40,145 bases of DNA from Reclinomonas americana ATCC 50394 (GCA_048213135.1 PS015009.1:2294001-2334145), one strand, 5' to 3'; counted from the stretch's first letter, positions 7,506-18,805 are shown. A program made the numbers and translations. Notes: a model not told the origin generated them from the letters alone.

Positions 7506-10310
7506 ATGGCAACGAAAACAACCCCGCTTCAACAGCACACTTCCATCCTTCCTAAAAGCGATGACATTTACATTAAAGGCGCAAGAGTTCATAACCTGAA
7601 GAACGTGTCGGTCACCATTCCCCGCAATAAGCTGGTAGTGGTTACAGGTGTTTCCGGTTCAGGAAAATCTTCGCTTACCATCGACACTTTATTCGCCGAA
7701 GGGCAACGCCGCTATGCGGAAAGCCTGAGCGCTTATGCCCGCCAGTTCATGCAGCGGATGAATAAGCCCGATGTGGATTATATTAAAGGGCTTTGTCCCG
7801 CTATCGCGATAGAACAAAAAGTGATCACCCGTACGCCCAGGAGCACCGTGGGCAGCATGACGGAAGTATACGATTACCTGCGCCTGCTTTTTGCACGGGC
7901 GGGTAAAACCATTTCACCCGTAAGCGGGAGAGAGGTAAAGAAAGACGATGTGACCGATGTGGTGGAACAGATCGTTTCTCTTAAAGAAGGCGATAAAGTG
8001 CTGGTGCTGGTGCCTTTCCGGCAGAGTAAGAACCGCGATTTCAAGGAAGAACTTAATATACTGCTGCAAAAAGGTTTTTCCAGGTTGTATATGAATAAAG
8101 AGGTGCTGCGTATTGAAGACCTGCTGGAAAAAGAGAAACTTCCCGCCTCCAAACAAAAAGATATTTACCTGCTGGTAGACCGCCTGGTGGTGAAAGACTT
8201 TGATGAGGACGATAAACACCGCATATCCGACTCCGTTAATACCGCTTTTTATGAAGGTGAGGGCGAACTGCTGCTGGAAGTGAACCAGGAAAAACGGATA
8301 CCTTTCAACAACCGTTTCGAACTCGACGGTATCGTATTCGAAGAACCGGTACCCAATCTTTTTTCTTTCAACAATCCTTTTGGTGCCTGCCCGGTGTGCG
8401 AAGGGTTTTCACAGATACTGGGACTGGACCCCGACCTCATCATCCCCAACAAACAATTAAGTGTATACGAAGGAGCCGTAGCGCCCTGGAAAGGGGAGAA
8501 GCTGGGCTGGTGGCGCGAGCAGTTTGTTAAGGCCGCGAAAAAAACAAATTTCCCCATACACAAACCCATCATCGACCTTACCGAATCGCAACTGCAGGAG
8601 TTGTGGGAAGGAAATGGTCATGCGCAGGGCATCAACGATTTCTTTAACGAGGTGGAACAGAACCTCTACAAAGTGCAGTACCGCGTGCTGCTGAGCCGCT
8701 ACCGTGGCCGTACCACCTGTACTTCGTGTAAGGGATACCGCCTGCGCAAAGAAGCCCTTTATGTAAAAGTGGGCGGCAAACATATAGGCGAACTCTGCGA
8801 AATACCGGTACGCGACCTGCAGCAATGGTTTGACCAGCTGAAACTGTCGGACCACGATGCAAAAATCGCCAAACGGGTACTTATTGAAATACACCACCGA
8901 CTGAAAACATTGCTGGATGTGGGCCTGGGTTATCTCACCCTCAATCGCCTGGCCAACTCGCTCAGCGGTGGTGAAAGCCAGCGTATACAGCTTACCCGCA
9001 GCCTGGGCAGCAACCTCACCAATTCCCTGTATATACTCGATGAACCCTCCATAGGTTTACACAGCCGGGATACAGAACGGCTCATTCGTGTATTGAAAGA
9101 ACTGCGTGATCTGGGCAACACCGTTGTGGTGGTGGAACATGATGATATGATGATGCGGGAAGCCGATCACATCATTGACATGGGACCGCTGGCCAGTCAC
9201 CTGGGCGGAGAAGTAGTGGCAGAAGGAAACTATGATGAAATTATTGCCAATGGCAACAGCCTCACTGGTAAATATCTTTCCGGTAAACTGACCATTGACG
9301 CGCCGAAAAATGTACGGCCCTGGAAACGTTCCATCATCGTGGAAGGTGCCAGGCAGAACAACCTGAAGAACATCACCGTGGAATTTCCATTGCACACTTT
9401 ATGCGTGGTGAGTGGTGTGAGTGGCAGTGGCAAAACAACACTGGTAAAACAGGTGTTGTATCCCGCCCTGCAAAAAATAAAAGGCGAGTCGGTGGAAAAA
9501 GCGGGCCTGCACAAGGCCATCAGCGGGGATGTGGATACCGTATCACAGGTAGAACTGGTAGACCAGAACCCCATCGGTAAATCATCCCGCAGCAACCCGG
9601 TTACCTATATCAAAGCATATGATGAGATCCGCGACCTCTTCAGCCGGCAACCGCTGAGCAAGATGCGGGGTTTTCAACCCAAACATTTTTCCTTCAATGT
9701 GGATGGCGGGCGTTGCGACGCCTGTAAAGGCGAAGGTGAACAGGTAGTGGAAATGCAGTTCCTGGCCGATGTTCACCTGACCTGCGATGTATGCGGCGGA
9801 AAAAAATTCAAGGAAGAAGTGCTGGAGGTAAAATACCAGGATAAGAATATTTATGAAGTGCTGGAGATGAGTGTTGATGAAGCCATCCTGTTTTTCGCGG
9901 ATGAAAAGGATGTTGCCAAAAAAATACAACCGCTCAGCGATGTGGGACTGGGTTATGTAAAGCTGGGACAATCATCCGACACACTCTCCGGTGGCGAGGC
10001 GCAACGGGTGAAGCTGGCTTCCTTCCTGGGTAAGGGCCGTGCGCAGGGCAGCATTTTATTTGTATTTGATGAACCTACTACCGGTCTGCATTTTAACGAT
10101 ATCAAAAAACTCCTGGCCTCTTTCAATGCACTCATTGACCAGGGACACTCCATACTGGTGATCGAACACAATACCGATGTCATCCGCAGTGCCGATTGGG
10201 TTATTGACCTGGGTCCCGAAGCAGGCGACAGTGGCGGTAACCTCGTTTTTGCCGGTAAACCCGCTGAACTGAAGAAGTGTAAGGAAAGTTATACTGGTAA
10301 ATTTCTTTAA
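7506..10310 (+). CDS. uvrA: Excinuclease ABC subunit A
   Basis: Two ABC modules ([57 protein letters not shown]), [11 protein letters not shown] and CxxC zinc motifs. Confidence 0.97.
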   Translation: MATKTTPLQQHTSILPKSDDIYIKGARVHNLKNVSVTIPRNKLVVVTGVSGSGKSSLTIDTLFAEGQRRYAESLSAYARQFMQRMNKPDVDYIKGLCPAIAIEQKVITRTPRSTVGSMTEVYDYLRLLFARAGKTISPVSGREVKKDDVTDVVEQIVSLKEGDKVLVLVPFRQSKNRDFKEELNILLQKGFSRLYMNKEVLRIEDLLEKEKLPASKQKDIYLLVDRLVVKDFDEDDKHRISDSVNTAFYEGEGELLLEVNQEKRIPFNNRFELDGIVFEEPVPNLFSFNNPFGACPVCEGFSQILGLDPDLIIPNKQLSVYEGAVAPWKGEKLGWWREQFVKAAKKTNFPIHKPIIDLTESQLQELWEGNGHAQGINDFFNEVEQNLYKVQYRVLLSRYRGRTTCTSCKGYRLRKEALYVKVGGKHIGELCEIPVRDLQQWFDQLKLSDHDAKIAKRVLIEIHHRLKTLLDVGLGYLTLNRLANSLSGGESQRIQLTRSLGSNLTNSLYILDEPSIGLHSRDTERLIRVLKELRDLGNTVVVVEHDDMMMREADHIIDMGPLASHLGGEVVAEGNYDEIIANGNSLTGKYLSGKLTIDAPKNVRPWKRSIIVEGARQNNLKNITVEFPLHTLCVVSGVSGSGKTTLVKQVLYPALQKIKGESVEKAGLHKAISGDVDTVSQVELVDQNPIGKSSRSNPVTYIKAYDEIRDLFSRQPLSKMRGFQPKHFSFNVDGGRCDACKGEGEQVVEMQFLADVHLTCDVCGGKKFKEEVLEVKYQDKNIYEVLEMSVDEAILFFADEKDVAKKIQPLSDVGLGYVKLGQSSDTLSGGEAQRVKLASFLGKGRAQGSILFVFDEPTTGLHFNDIKKLLASFNALIDQGHSILVIEHNTDVIRSADWVIDLGPEAGDSGGNLVFAGKPAELKKCKESYTGKFL

Positions 10311-10397
10311 TTACGAATGACGGTTAAGCGTACGTAAAACATGGAGGCATTGCAACAATCCTCATTCGTAATTCGTAATTGATAATTCGTAATTGAT
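10309..10397. repeat. Inverted 7-bp microrepeat element (TAATTCG/TAATTGA family) between convergent genes
   Basis: AATTACGAATGA (10309-10320) is the reverse complement of TCATTCGTAATT (10362-10373), which continues as tandem heptamers up to the next stop codon. Confidence 0.8.
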
Positions 10398-10813
10398 TAC
10401 CTCAACCTGTCACTGTCCTTAATCAGTTTCTCATCCTTAACAATAGCCCTGGCGGCCAGTACAAAAAAGATGACGATCAGGCTGTGCAGTATGGCTGTTA
10501 ATGCGTAACCACCCTGGCCCGCAGCAAACGTTTGCACTTCTCGGTAATACAGGAAAATAAGAAAGGCTTCGAGGAAAATGCCCAGCACACAAAGGCGCAG
10601 TTGCAGTTTTCTTTTTTTGAACAGGAAAAGAACGATCGCGGCGAGGAGTCCCACAGCAACAGTAGTGAGCAGCAAAGGCAATGTTTCTTTACCGGTAAGA
10701 CGGTAAGAAGCTTCTCCTTTGGCATTGGTGCCTATGTAATAAGGGAATTGTAATGTGAGGAATGCTGCAACGCTGGCCAGCAATAACCAAACAGATTGTA
10801 TGCGTTGTATCAT
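10397..10813 (-). CDS. DUF4293 family membrane protein
   Basis: Start reset to MIQRIQSVWLLLA, with a -7 element TACATTTG at 10837-10830. Motifs LFKKRKLQLRL and AIVKDEKLIKDSDRLR. Confidence 0.85.
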   Translation of the reverse strand: MIQRIQSVWLLLASVAAFLTLQFPYYIGTNAKGEASYRLTGKETLPLLLTTVAVGLLAAIVLFLFKKRKLQLRLCVLGIFLEAFLIFLYYREVQTFAAGQGGYALTAILHSLIVIFFVLAARAIVKDEKLIKDSDRLR

Positions 10814-10913
10814 GTGAAAGGTGTTTTGGCAAATGTAGAAAATCAGCGGCAATAAAAGTACCGCCTGCCTGCAAATGCTGTTCACTATACCTGGGCGGGT
10901 GCGGATAAGAAAA

Positions 10914-10941
10914 TAAAAAATCCCGGGTATATACCCGGGAT
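10914..10941 (-). terminator. Intrinsic terminator of the fibre/T9SS cluster
   Basis: Perfect 22-bp palindrome ATCCCGGGTATATACCCGGGAT (10920-10941) followed by a T-run on the minus strand. Confidence 0.8.
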
Positions 10942-10984
10942 GTAAGTCTATCACTGATCTTTAATGGGATAGCAATACGTTGTA

Positions 10985-11365
10985 TTAATCAATTTTTTGT
11001 ACCTGGGGTTCATTAGCCGGAACAACGCGGGCCGGTGCTTTTTTACTGGGATCAAGGGTACTGGGTGTGGTACGATCCAGTGCAACCGGGGCAGGCCTTG
11101 GTTCTACTTTAATGCCTTTGCCCATCTCCTCTTCTTTATTGGCCGCCTGCTTATGGCCATCGGTATTATTATCCTGTTGTATTTTTCCGGGAACAGCGTG
11201 TTTGCTGTCGGGGATATTGGTTTTGTCGGTAGCCTGTCTTTTCATCGATTCGGCGCCGCGGGTGTCTACCGCGGGTTGTTTACTTTGGGCATCCTGCGCT
11301 TTGGCACATAATCCTGTCAATAATAAACCGGAACAGGCGATGATGGCAAAAAATATCTTTTTCAT
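10985..11365 (-). CDS. Small secreted low-complexity protein of unknown function
   Basis: Sec signal peptide MKKIFFAIIACSGLLLTGLCAKA|Q; the mature part is hydrophilic and rich in P/K/Q/D; starts 20 nt after the upstream stop. Confidence 0.7.
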   Translation of the reverse strand: MKKIFFAIIACSGLLLTGLCAKAQDAQSKQPAVDTRGAESMKRQATDKTNIPDSKHAVPGKIQQDNNTDGHKQAANKEEEMGKGIKVEPRPAPVALDRTTPSTLDPSKKAPARVVPANEPQVQKID

Positions 11366-11385
11366 TGATTGGTAATTTTAATGAT

Positions 11386-12954
11386 TTATTGTTTGATGAA
11401 CGGAAGCGTTTCCGCGCTGCCGTTAGCGTTAATTATCCTGATGAAATAATAGCCCTGCGGCAGTTTGGTTATATCGATCTGTACCAGCGCGCTTCCGGGT
11501 TTAACAGCCGTTAACATCCTGCCATCGCTTCCGATCAGCTGCAGGTTCACATTACCCACATAGGAAGTCGGCATGGACAGGTTCAGCACGGTAGTGGCCG
11601 GGTTGGGGAACAGCAGTACTTTCTGAATGCCTTTGTCGAATTTCACTTTGCGTATACCGGCGTAGGTCTGTCGCTGGCTGACGTCGGTGATCTTTAGGCG
11701 GTAAAAATTCCAGCCGGTAACCGGGTTCAGGTCGTAATCAACATATTCGGAACTCACCCGTTGCAGCGAGTTCACACTGAGCAGGTGCGTGAAGTTGATA
11801 CCATCAGTGGATTTTTCAATATCATATTTAGCTATATCCTGTTCCTGTTCCACTTTCCACATCAGTCTTACGCGATTGCCATCGGCGGCGGCTGTCCAGT
11901 AGAGGAGGCGCACCGGCAGGGCGTTGTATTTGCTCCAGGTACCCAGGGTAAACCTTCTCTGCGCATAATCGAAACCACCCATATAATCCCTGTGTTTTAC
12001 CCATCCGCCCAGCGAATCGGAAGGATTGGATACTTCATGCAGACCGAATGAACCTGTCTTTTCCCATCTGCCCGAAGGGTTCAGAACGTATTGTACCACC
12101 AGCAGGCTGTCGCGTATCAGCTGAACGGAACTTACCTGGCTGAAACCCCTCCACGACAAAGCCACTTTGGCTTCCGCGTCGGCTCCCGAAGGTATGGTGG
12201 CGGTAATGGTCCAGTTCTCCACCTGACTGATGTGATCCACCGGCGGGTTCAGGATATTGGTAACATCGAATGGTTGCGTGGGAAAGTATTCCGCTGTATA
12301 GCTGTTCAGCGTACTGTTGTTCTTCTGGATCTTGATGGGAGCGTATAAGCTGTCCGGGCCGTTCATTTTACCGATAGGGAACAGGTACTCATTGGTGGTG
12401 CCCGTGCCGGAAGTATTGATATCCCTTCTCAGCTTGCCATGCACCCAGCTTTTGTTATAAGCCGATGTGGAAGTGATGCCGTCGAGTGCGGGGTTGGATA
12501 CGTAGATGCTGTCGGTAGCGGTTTGGAAATACACCAGCCCGGTATCGAGCATGAGTACGTTGGACACTTCATTGGTCTGGTGCAGGTTTACGCCTATGCC
12601 ATTCATGCGCAGCCTGTAAAAGGTGGTTGGCCCGATGAGCTGCTGCACATTGGTGCTGTTGGAAAAGGTAATGGTGCCGGTATCATTTACCAAAACACCT
12701 GTGGCGGTACTGTCTACCCAGTCAGCGAGGCCCGATATGGGATTCAGGTTGATGACAGTGAGCCCGCTGTCTTTCCATGAAGTGGTACCGGTAAATTTGA
12801 TACCACCCTGGGTGACGATGCGGGTGCCCGGCGAAGTGACCAGCTGTACATCTTTGGCATGCATGATCTGCTGGCTGCTGGCCGTAAGCCCTGTCATGAT
12901 CAGCAATACCAGTAGGTTTATCTTTTTCAAAAGCATATCAGCCTTTTTAAGCAT
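11386..12954 (-). CDS. T9SS type A sorting-domain protein
   Basis: Signal peptide, YLFPIG motif, ALPVRLLYW Ig-like domain and C-terminal LFPNPA...LPQGYYFIRI...FIKQ. Start may be at 12936. Confidence 0.88.
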   Translation of the reverse strand: MLKKADMLLKKINLLVLLIMTGLTASSQQIMHAKDVQLVTSPGTRIVTQGGIKFTGTTSWKDSGLTVINLNPISGLADWVDSTATGVLVNDTGTITFSNSTNVQQLIGPTTFYRLRMNGIGVNLHQTNEVSNVLMLDTGLVYFQTATDSIYVSNPALDGITSTSAYNKSWVHGKLRRDINTSGTGTTNEYLFPIGKMNGPDSLYAPIKIQKNNSTLNSYTAEYFPTQPFDVTNILNPPVDHISQVENWTITATIPSGADAEAKVALSWRGFSQVSSVQLIRDSLLVVQYVLNPSGRWEKTGSFGLHEVSNPSDSLGGWVKHRDYMGGFDYAQRRFTLGTWSKYNALPVRLLYWTAAADGNRVRLMWKVEQEQDIAKYDIEKSTDGINFTHLLSVNSLQRVSSEYVDYDLNPVTGWNFYRLKITDVSQRQTYAGIRKVKFDKGIQKVLLFPNPATTVLNLSMPTSYVGNVNLQLIGSDGRMLTAVKPGSALVQIDITKLPQGYYFIRIINANGSAETLPFIKQ

Positions 12955-13035
12955 TTAGAATGGTTGTCCCGGTAGATAAGACGGCAAATTACAAAACTAA
13001 CCTGCGCTTTCCTATCCCTTAATCGGGGGATACGG

Positions 13036-16000
13036 TTATTTATTTTCCAGTTTTTCAAGCCTTTTCAGGAGCATTTCATTCTGTTTTTTCAGTTCATCAA
13101 TTTGTTTCTGCTGTTCCTGTATGGCTTTTACCGTAACCGGGATGATGTCGGAATAATAGATGCCCAGCTTGTCGGTGCTTTTGGCTGCTGTGGCAGGGTT
13201 ATCGTCCCTGGTCTCATTTTTTGATTTCAGGTCACCTACCTGTATCACTTCATTCAGTACGGGTTGTACTTCCTGAGCGATGAAGCCGATCTTTTTACCC
13301 CACTGTGGGTTCTCTTTCCAGGTAAAGCTTACCGGGCGCAATTTCATGATCTCTTTCAGGCCATAACCCAGGTCTGCAATATTTTCTTTATCTCTGGCAT
13401 CGGAAGTGTTGATAGCGCCAACGGTGGCGTATACAGTAGTCCAGCGGTTAGCGGCAGCGCCCAGTGTATTGGAGGCGTCGGTTGAAGGAATGAAGGAACC
13501 GGTACTCATCTGGTAGTAGTCGGTTGGTGCAGTGGCAAAATCATCTGTACCCCTCGCATATACCAGCGCACCACCTGCTGTTACCCTTAATTTCCAGTCG
13601 GAGCCGCCCCCGGTTTTCACCAGTTCCATTCCCGGCTCGAATGATGTACTTACGGAAGCTATGCGAACGTTCACCGCGGTGCTGGCCGGATCGTAAACAT
13701 GCAGCCTGGTGAGTGGGGCGCTGACGCCGATGCCTACATCAACACCAGTATTACCGAGTATCAGGGAGTTGCTTTGCGAAACACTGGCATTGTACCCGAT
13801 GGCAGCCGCGTTGGTAAGTGTACCGCTGGCAGCATTGGAACCATAGCCTACAAAAGTATTGTTGGTACCGGTGCTGATAACGCTACCGGCATTAACACCG
13901 ATGGCGGTATTGCCTGCGGCATTGGTGCTTAAACCGCTCAGGCTGCCGCCGCCGATAGCGGTATTGTTGGTAACGCCGGTGGCGCCGGAAACGCCGTAAA
14001 GCGCTATATTACCGATGGCGGTGTTATAGGTGCCATTGGTAATATTGCGCATGGCCCAGCTGCCCATCATCACATTCTGTGTGCCGGAAGTGAGGTTCTC
14101 ACCGGTATAATCGCCGAGCGCATTGTTGAATCCTGACGAGCTTCCATTATGTGTGGCCAGGCTGCGGTAACCCATGGCCGTATTATTGGAACCCAGGGCA
14201 TTGGTGAGGGCCTGGTAGCCCACGGCGGTATTGGCTGTTGCTATTGACGCGTCATAAAGAGCAGCATCACCGATGGCGATATTGCTGCTGCCGGTGGTGT
14301 TGTTGTACAATGAGTTGACGCCCATGGCAACATTGGAACTGCCGGTGGTGTTTTTATTCATGGAAAAGTAACCCACAGCCGAGTTGTTGATGCCCGTACT
14401 CACCGTAACTGCACCCACACCGGAATAAGAACCTATATAGGTGTTGCCGCCATTCGAACCGTTACCCTGTGCATAGTAACCCGCATTGATACCCACACCT
14501 ACGTTATCGTTGGAACGGTAATTATTACGGAAGGCCGACACACCGATGCCGGTATTGCCCTGCCCGGTCGTATCCTGTTCCAGCGCCACATTACCCACAG
14601 CGGTGTTCCATACACCTGATCTTTTATTGCTCATGCTGTAATAACCTACAGCTGTATTTTGTTCTGAACTTCCGAAGTTGAACATAGCGCCGCGGCCAAC
14701 CGCTGTACTGCCAAAACTGTGTGTACCATGTTCCATGGCGCCCACACCCAGTGCTGCTACTTCCTCCACTTTAAGCGCATTGCGCAGGGCCCTGAAACCT
14801 AATGCCACAGAAGCATAAGCGCTGGTATCATATTCCATGGATTGTGAACCGACGGCAGTATTCCAGAAACCATTGGCATTTACATTGCGCAGCGATTTCA
14901 ATGCATTCTGTCCGTAGGCATCGTTTTGGGTTGCGTAAACAGAGTTGCCCATGGCGGAATCACCCATAGCGGTATTATTGTCGCCCTGGTTAACCAGGCT
15001 CAGGGTAGCATTACCCACACTGGTATTGCCCTGTCCCCAGGAAAGGGCTTGTGAACTGTCGCCTATCGCCGTATTGCGGCTGAGGAGGTTGACGTCGCCG
15101 TTGGAATATACATAACCATTGTCGACATAAGTGGCCATGGCCCTGAAGCCTAAGGCGGTATTCTTTCTGCCGGTGGCGTTGGCTGCCATGGCCCTGAAAC
15201 CGATAGCAGTATTTTCTGTACTGAATAAAGGATCCGTACCGATATAGTTGACAGCAAGCCCCGCTGCATAACCCATCGCTGTATTGTTGCTTCTTTTGTT
15301 GTACCTGAGTACAGCAGCGCCAACACCGGTATTGTTGCTGCCGCTGTCGAGGCGCATGGCATCATTACCTACGGCAGTATTGTTATCACCAGTACTGATG
15401 AGGTACATGGCGGCATTACCCACGGCCGTATTGTTGGTGCCGGTTTTATTGGTCATGAGGGCGTAGCTGCCCACAGCAGTATTGGCTGCGCCGGTGGTGG
15501 TGCTGTCCATGGCCTGCAGGCCGATGGCGGTATTGGGATAGGTAGCGGTTGTTTTCACCAGTGCCCGGCTGCCCACGGCCACATGACCATAAATGGTGCT
15601 GAGGTTAGCACCCGACAGGGCACGGTAACCCACGCCCACGTTATCATTGCCCCGGTTAGCATTAAGAGCGGAATCGCCGATGGCTACGTTACGTGACGGA
15701 GAGGTGGAAGAATAAAAAGTAAAAGGTTCGAAAATAGCTTGTGCCTTATAACCCAGTACGGCATTCTGGCTGCCGAAGGCAACACCCGTCATGGCGGCAT
15801 AACCTACCGAGGTATTCTCTGCGCCCTGCAGCAGGTCGGTACTGGTAATGGAATTGTGGAAACCCGCCGCGAAGCCGACAGATACCACACCGTTCCGGTT
15901 ATTATAAGAACCTGCATTGGCGCCGATCATTACCGTATTTTTTACGGAGTCCCCTTCGGAACCGGCATAATAACCCACCGCTACGTTGTCGGAGGTTCCT

Positions 16001-17190
16001 TTGCTGCTGAGCACGCCGATCATGGCGCCGCGGCCTACGGCTGTATTTCTTTCCGTGCTGTCGGTGAATTCCAGCGCACCCACGCCAATGGCGGTATTCT
16101 GCTGACCCGCTTTATTGTAACGGAGTGAGCGCCAGCCGATAGATGTGTTGATGTCGCCGGAAGTATCGCTGACCATCGATTCAAAACCTACGGCTGTATT
16201 GTAGTTATTTTTTTTGTGAGAGTACAGGGCATTAACACCGAGGGCGGTATTGCCGAACCCTTCAATATTAAAGCGCAGCGAACTGGTACCCACTGCCGTA
16301 TTGAAATAACCGGTGGTGTCCTGCTCCATAGCATAGGAGCCAATGGCGGTATTGAAGGAATTAGACGTACGGCGGTGATTGATGAGGCTGTAAATACCCA
16401 CAGCGGTATTGTACCCGCTGCTTTTATTATTAAGCATGGACTGATAACCGATGGCTACGTTACCGTCACTAGCATTGGTATTATACAGGCTGTACATACC
16501 CACACCGGTATTGGCATAACCGGAACCGGTGTACCTGCCCGCCACTGCGCCTACATATGTATTGTAGCCGCCTGTGGTGCTGAATTCCCCGGACCAGGGG
16601 CCAAAAAAAGCGTTATTGGGGCCTGTGCTCCTGACACCGGAGCGGTAACCGGCAAAGGCGCTGGCAAAACCGGTGCTGGCCATAGCACCGGAAGAATCGC
16701 CAATGGCTAATTGTCCGCCACCGGCGTTGTTACCGGCATTATAACCGATGAAATAGTTGGCGGCGGAAGCGTCGAAGCGGCCTGTTTTAACATTATTTAC
16801 CCGGAAGTTGAGCGGCTTCAGGTCGCGGTGACCCAGGAAGCTGGTATCGTTCAGACCCGTATTGCCGGTTGTTTTCCAGGCAATAGTGTCAATGGCAGTT
16901 CCGGCATTGGATAGCCATACCCAGGCCGTACCGTTGTAATAATGAAAGCCAATGCTGTCGGGCGTTTCCTGGAATACCAGCAAGCCCGTGGCGGGGGAGG
17001 CGATCAAGTTTTTCTGTGTTTTGCTCATCCGCGGAATGAGTACCCCTTTAACTGTGCTTTTGGCATCGAGGATGGCAGAAGCATGTGCAGCGCTGCCATC
17101 GGTATTGATGGCTACGTTCTGCGCAAATGTTGTGGAATGGATAGTACACAGCACAAAAAGTACCTGTACCAGGCGTAAAAGTTTGGTCAT
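13036..17190 (-). CDS. Secreted fibre-like protein: long N-T-A-(V/I)-G beta-helical repeat shaft, C-terminal peptidase S74 intramolecular chaperone and coiled coil
   Basis: Signal peptide ending TFA|Q; Bacteroidota N-domain (SAILDAKSTVKGVLIPRM); dozens of ~14-aa NTAVG repeats; TSDARDKENI, LRPVSFTWK, GFIAQEV and IPVTVKAIQEQQ motifs. Confidence 0.88.
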   Translation of the reverse strand: MTKLLRLVQVLFVLCTIHSTTFAQNVAINTDGSAAHASAILDAKSTVKGVLIPRMSKTQKNLIASPATGLLVFQETPDSIGFHYYNGTAWVWLSNAGTAIDTIAWKTTGNTGLNDTSFLGHRDLKPLNFRVNNVKTGRFDASAANYFIGYNAGNNAGGGQLAIGDSSGAMASTGFASAFAGYRSGVRSTGPNNAFFGPWSGEFSTTGGYNTYVGAVAGRYTGSGYANTGVGMYSLYNTNASDGNVAIGYQSMLNNKSSGYNTAVGIYSLINHRRTSNSFNTAIGSYAMEQDTTGYFNTAVGTSSLRFNIEGFGNTALGVNALYSHKKNNYNTAVGFESMVSDTSGDINTSIGWRSLRYNKAGQQNTAIGVGALEFTDSTERNTAVGRGAMIGVLSSKGTSDNVAVGYYAGSEGDSVKNTVMIGANAGSYNNRNGVVSVGFAAGFHNSITSTDLLQGAENTSVGYAAMTGVAFGSQNAVLGYKAQAIFEPFTFYSSTSPSRNVAIGDSALNANRGNDNVGVGYRALSGANLSTIYGHVAVGSRALVKTTATYPNTAIGLQAMDSTTTGAANTAVGSYALMTNKTGTNNTAVGNAAMYLISTGDNNTAVGNDAMRLDSGSNNTGVGAAVLRYNKRSNNTAMGYAAGLAVNYIGTDPLFSTENTAIGFRAMAANATGRKNTALGFRAMATYVDNGYVYSNGDVNLLSRNTAIGDSSQALSWGQGNTSVGNATLSLVNQGDNNTAMGDSAMGNSVYATQNDAYGQNALKSLRNVNANGFWNTAVGSQSMEYDTSAYASVALGFRALRNALKVEEVAALGVGAMEHGTHSFGSTAVGRGAMFNFGSSEQNTAVGYYSMSNKRSGVWNTAVGNVALEQDTTGQGNTGIGVSAFRNNYRSNDNVGVGINAGYYAQGNGSNGGNTYIGSYSGVGAVTVSTGINNSAVGYFSMNKNTTGSSNVAMGVNSLYNNTTGSSNIAIGDAALYDASIATANTAVGYQALTNALGSNNTAMGYRSLATHNGSSSGFNNALGDYTGENLTSGTQNVMMGSWAMRNITNGTYNTAIGNIALYGVSGATGVTNNTAIGGGSLSGLSTNAAGNTAIGVNAGSVISTGTNNTFVGYGSNAASGTLTNAAAIGYNASVSQSNSLILGNTGVDVGIGVSAPLTRLHVYDPASTAVNVRIASVSTSFEPGMELVKTGGGSDWKLRVTAGGALVYARGTDDFATAPTDYYQMSTGSFIPSTDASNTLGAAANRWTTVYATVGAINTSDARDKENIADLGYGLKEIMKLRPVSFTWKENPQWGKKIGFIAQEVQPVLNEVIQVGDLKSKNETRDDNPATAAKSTDKLGIYYSDIIPVTVKAIQEQQKQIDELKKQNEMLLKRLEKLENK

Positions 17191-17432
17191 GGTTCACATA
17201 ATTTTTAAGAAATGCTACAGTCAGTCTTCAAAAGATACCAGAGGATAAAGCTGTGGGAGTTATAAGGGGCAGGACTAAAGTATGGCTTTTTTCAAACATA
17301 TGCAATCCGGCTTATATTTTAATTTATCAACAAATAAGCAGTCACCAAAGCCATTACGCTGTAAAAATAGTTCGTACTTTTTTCTTAAAAAATACCACAA
17401 AACGGCCATAGGCCATTTGGCGGGAAAGACAT

Positions 17433-17474
17433 AAAAAAAAAGCCCCTGCAGTGCTGGAAATGGCTGCAGGGGCT
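17433..17474 (-). terminator. Intrinsic terminator of glyA
   Basis: AGCCCCTGCAG/CTGCAGGGGCT 11-bp stem plus a long T-run on the minus strand. Confidence 0.85.
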
Positions 17475-17496
17475 GTATCTGTTTGTATAATGTCTG

Positions 17497-18777
17497 TTAA
17501 CCGAGTTCGGGGTACAGCGGGAACTGCTGCATGAAGTTTTTCACTTCGGAAGCGATGCCGGCGAGTGCAGTATCATCGTCTGCATTCACCAGGGCCCTGT
17601 CTATAAGGTCAACCACCTGTGCCATATGTTCTTCTTTCATCCCTCTTGTGGTAATGGCCGGTACACCTACGCGTATACCTGAAGTAACAAAAGCGCTTTT
17701 ATCATCAAAAGGGACCATGTTCTTGTTTACAGTAATATCAGCCTTGCCAAGTGCCTGCTCCGCTTTTTTACCGCTGATGTTTTTGTTCCTCAGGTCAATG
17801 AGCATAAGGTGATTATCGGTACCGCCGCTTACAATATAGTAGCCTTTATCCAGGAAGGCTTTGGCCATGGCCTGTGCGTTGGCTACCACCTGTTTGGCAT
17901 ATACAGTGAATTCGTCACTCAGAACTTCACCGAACGCTATGGCTTTGGCGGCGATCACATGTTCCAGCGGACCGCCCTGTGTGCCGGGGAAAACGGCCAT
18001 ATCGAGCAGGTTGCTCATCATGCGTATATTACCTTTTACGTCTTTCAGTCCGAATGGGTTCTCAAAATCTTTCTTCATGAGAATAACGCCACCCCTGGGT
18101 CCGCGTAAGGTTTTATGCGTGGTACTGGTCACAAAATGACAATGTTCAAAAGGAGAGCTCAGTAACCCTTTGGCGATAAGTCCTGCGGGGTGAGCCATAT
18201 CGCACCAAACAAAAGCGCCCACTTCATCGGCCACTTTGCGTACACGGGCATAGTCGATATCGCGGCTGTAGGCGCTGGCGCCGCAAATGATCACTTTGGG
18301 TTTTTCGGTACGGGCTTTCTCTTCCAGCATCTCGTAGTCAATAAGTCCGGTATCCTGTTTAACACCATAAAAAACGGGCTGGTATAATTTGCCGGAAAAA
18401 TTCACCGGCGAACCATGGGTAAGGTGCCCGCCCATGCTCAGGTCAAGACCCAGTATTTTATCGCCGGGCTGCAGTATGGCCAGTAACAGGGCCGCGTTGG
18501 CCTGTGCGCCACTGTGCGGTTGTACGTTGGCGTACTCGCAACCGAATATCTCTTTCAGCCGGTCAATAGCCAGTTGTTCTACCTGGTCAACGATCTCGCA
18601 TCCGCCGTAATACCTGCGGCCTGGGTAGCCTTCCGCATATTTGTTGGTAAGGGAAGTGCCCATGGCCTGCATAACCTGCAGACTGGTAAAGTTTTCGGAA
18701 GCGATGAGTTCAATGCCATAACGCTGGCGGTTGAGTTCCTGGTTGATGAGGTCGAAAATGATGGTATCTCTTTGCAT
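17497..18777 (-). CDS. glyA: Serine hydroxymethyltransferase
   Basis: [43 protein letters not shown] and PLP-lysine motif [14 protein letters not shown]. Start reset to ATG 18777 (MQRDTIIF), with a -7 element TATATTTG at 18803-18796. Confidence 0.97.
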   Translation of the reverse strand: MQRDTIIFDLINQELNRQRYGIELIASENFTSLQVMQAMGTSLTNKYAEGYPGRRYYGGCEIVDQVEQLAIDRLKEIFGCEYANVQPHSGAQANAALLLAILQPGDKILGLDLSMGGHLTHGSPVNFSGKLYQPVFYGVKQDTGLIDYEMLEEKARTEKPKVIICGASAYSRDIDYARVRKVADEVGAFVWCDMAHPAGLIAKGLLSSPFEHCHFVTSTTHKTLRGPRGGVILMKKDFENPFGLKDVKGNIRMMSNLLDMAVFPGTQGGPLEHVIAAKAIAFGEVLSDEFTVYAKQVVANAQAMAKAFLDKGYYIVSGGTDNHLMLIDLRNKNISGKKAEQALGKADITVNKNMVPFDDKSAFVTSGIRVGVPAITTRGMKEEHMAQVVDLIDRALVNADDDTALAGIASEVKNFMQQFPLYPELG

Positions 18778-18805
18778 ATCGGCTTGGTTGAGGGGCAAAT
18801 ATAAG

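Noticed and set aside
13036-17190. Prophage, suggested by the tail-fibre/S74 domain
   Set aside because: The protein has a Sec signal peptide, the flanks are housekeeping genes, and there are no capsid, terminase or integrase genes.
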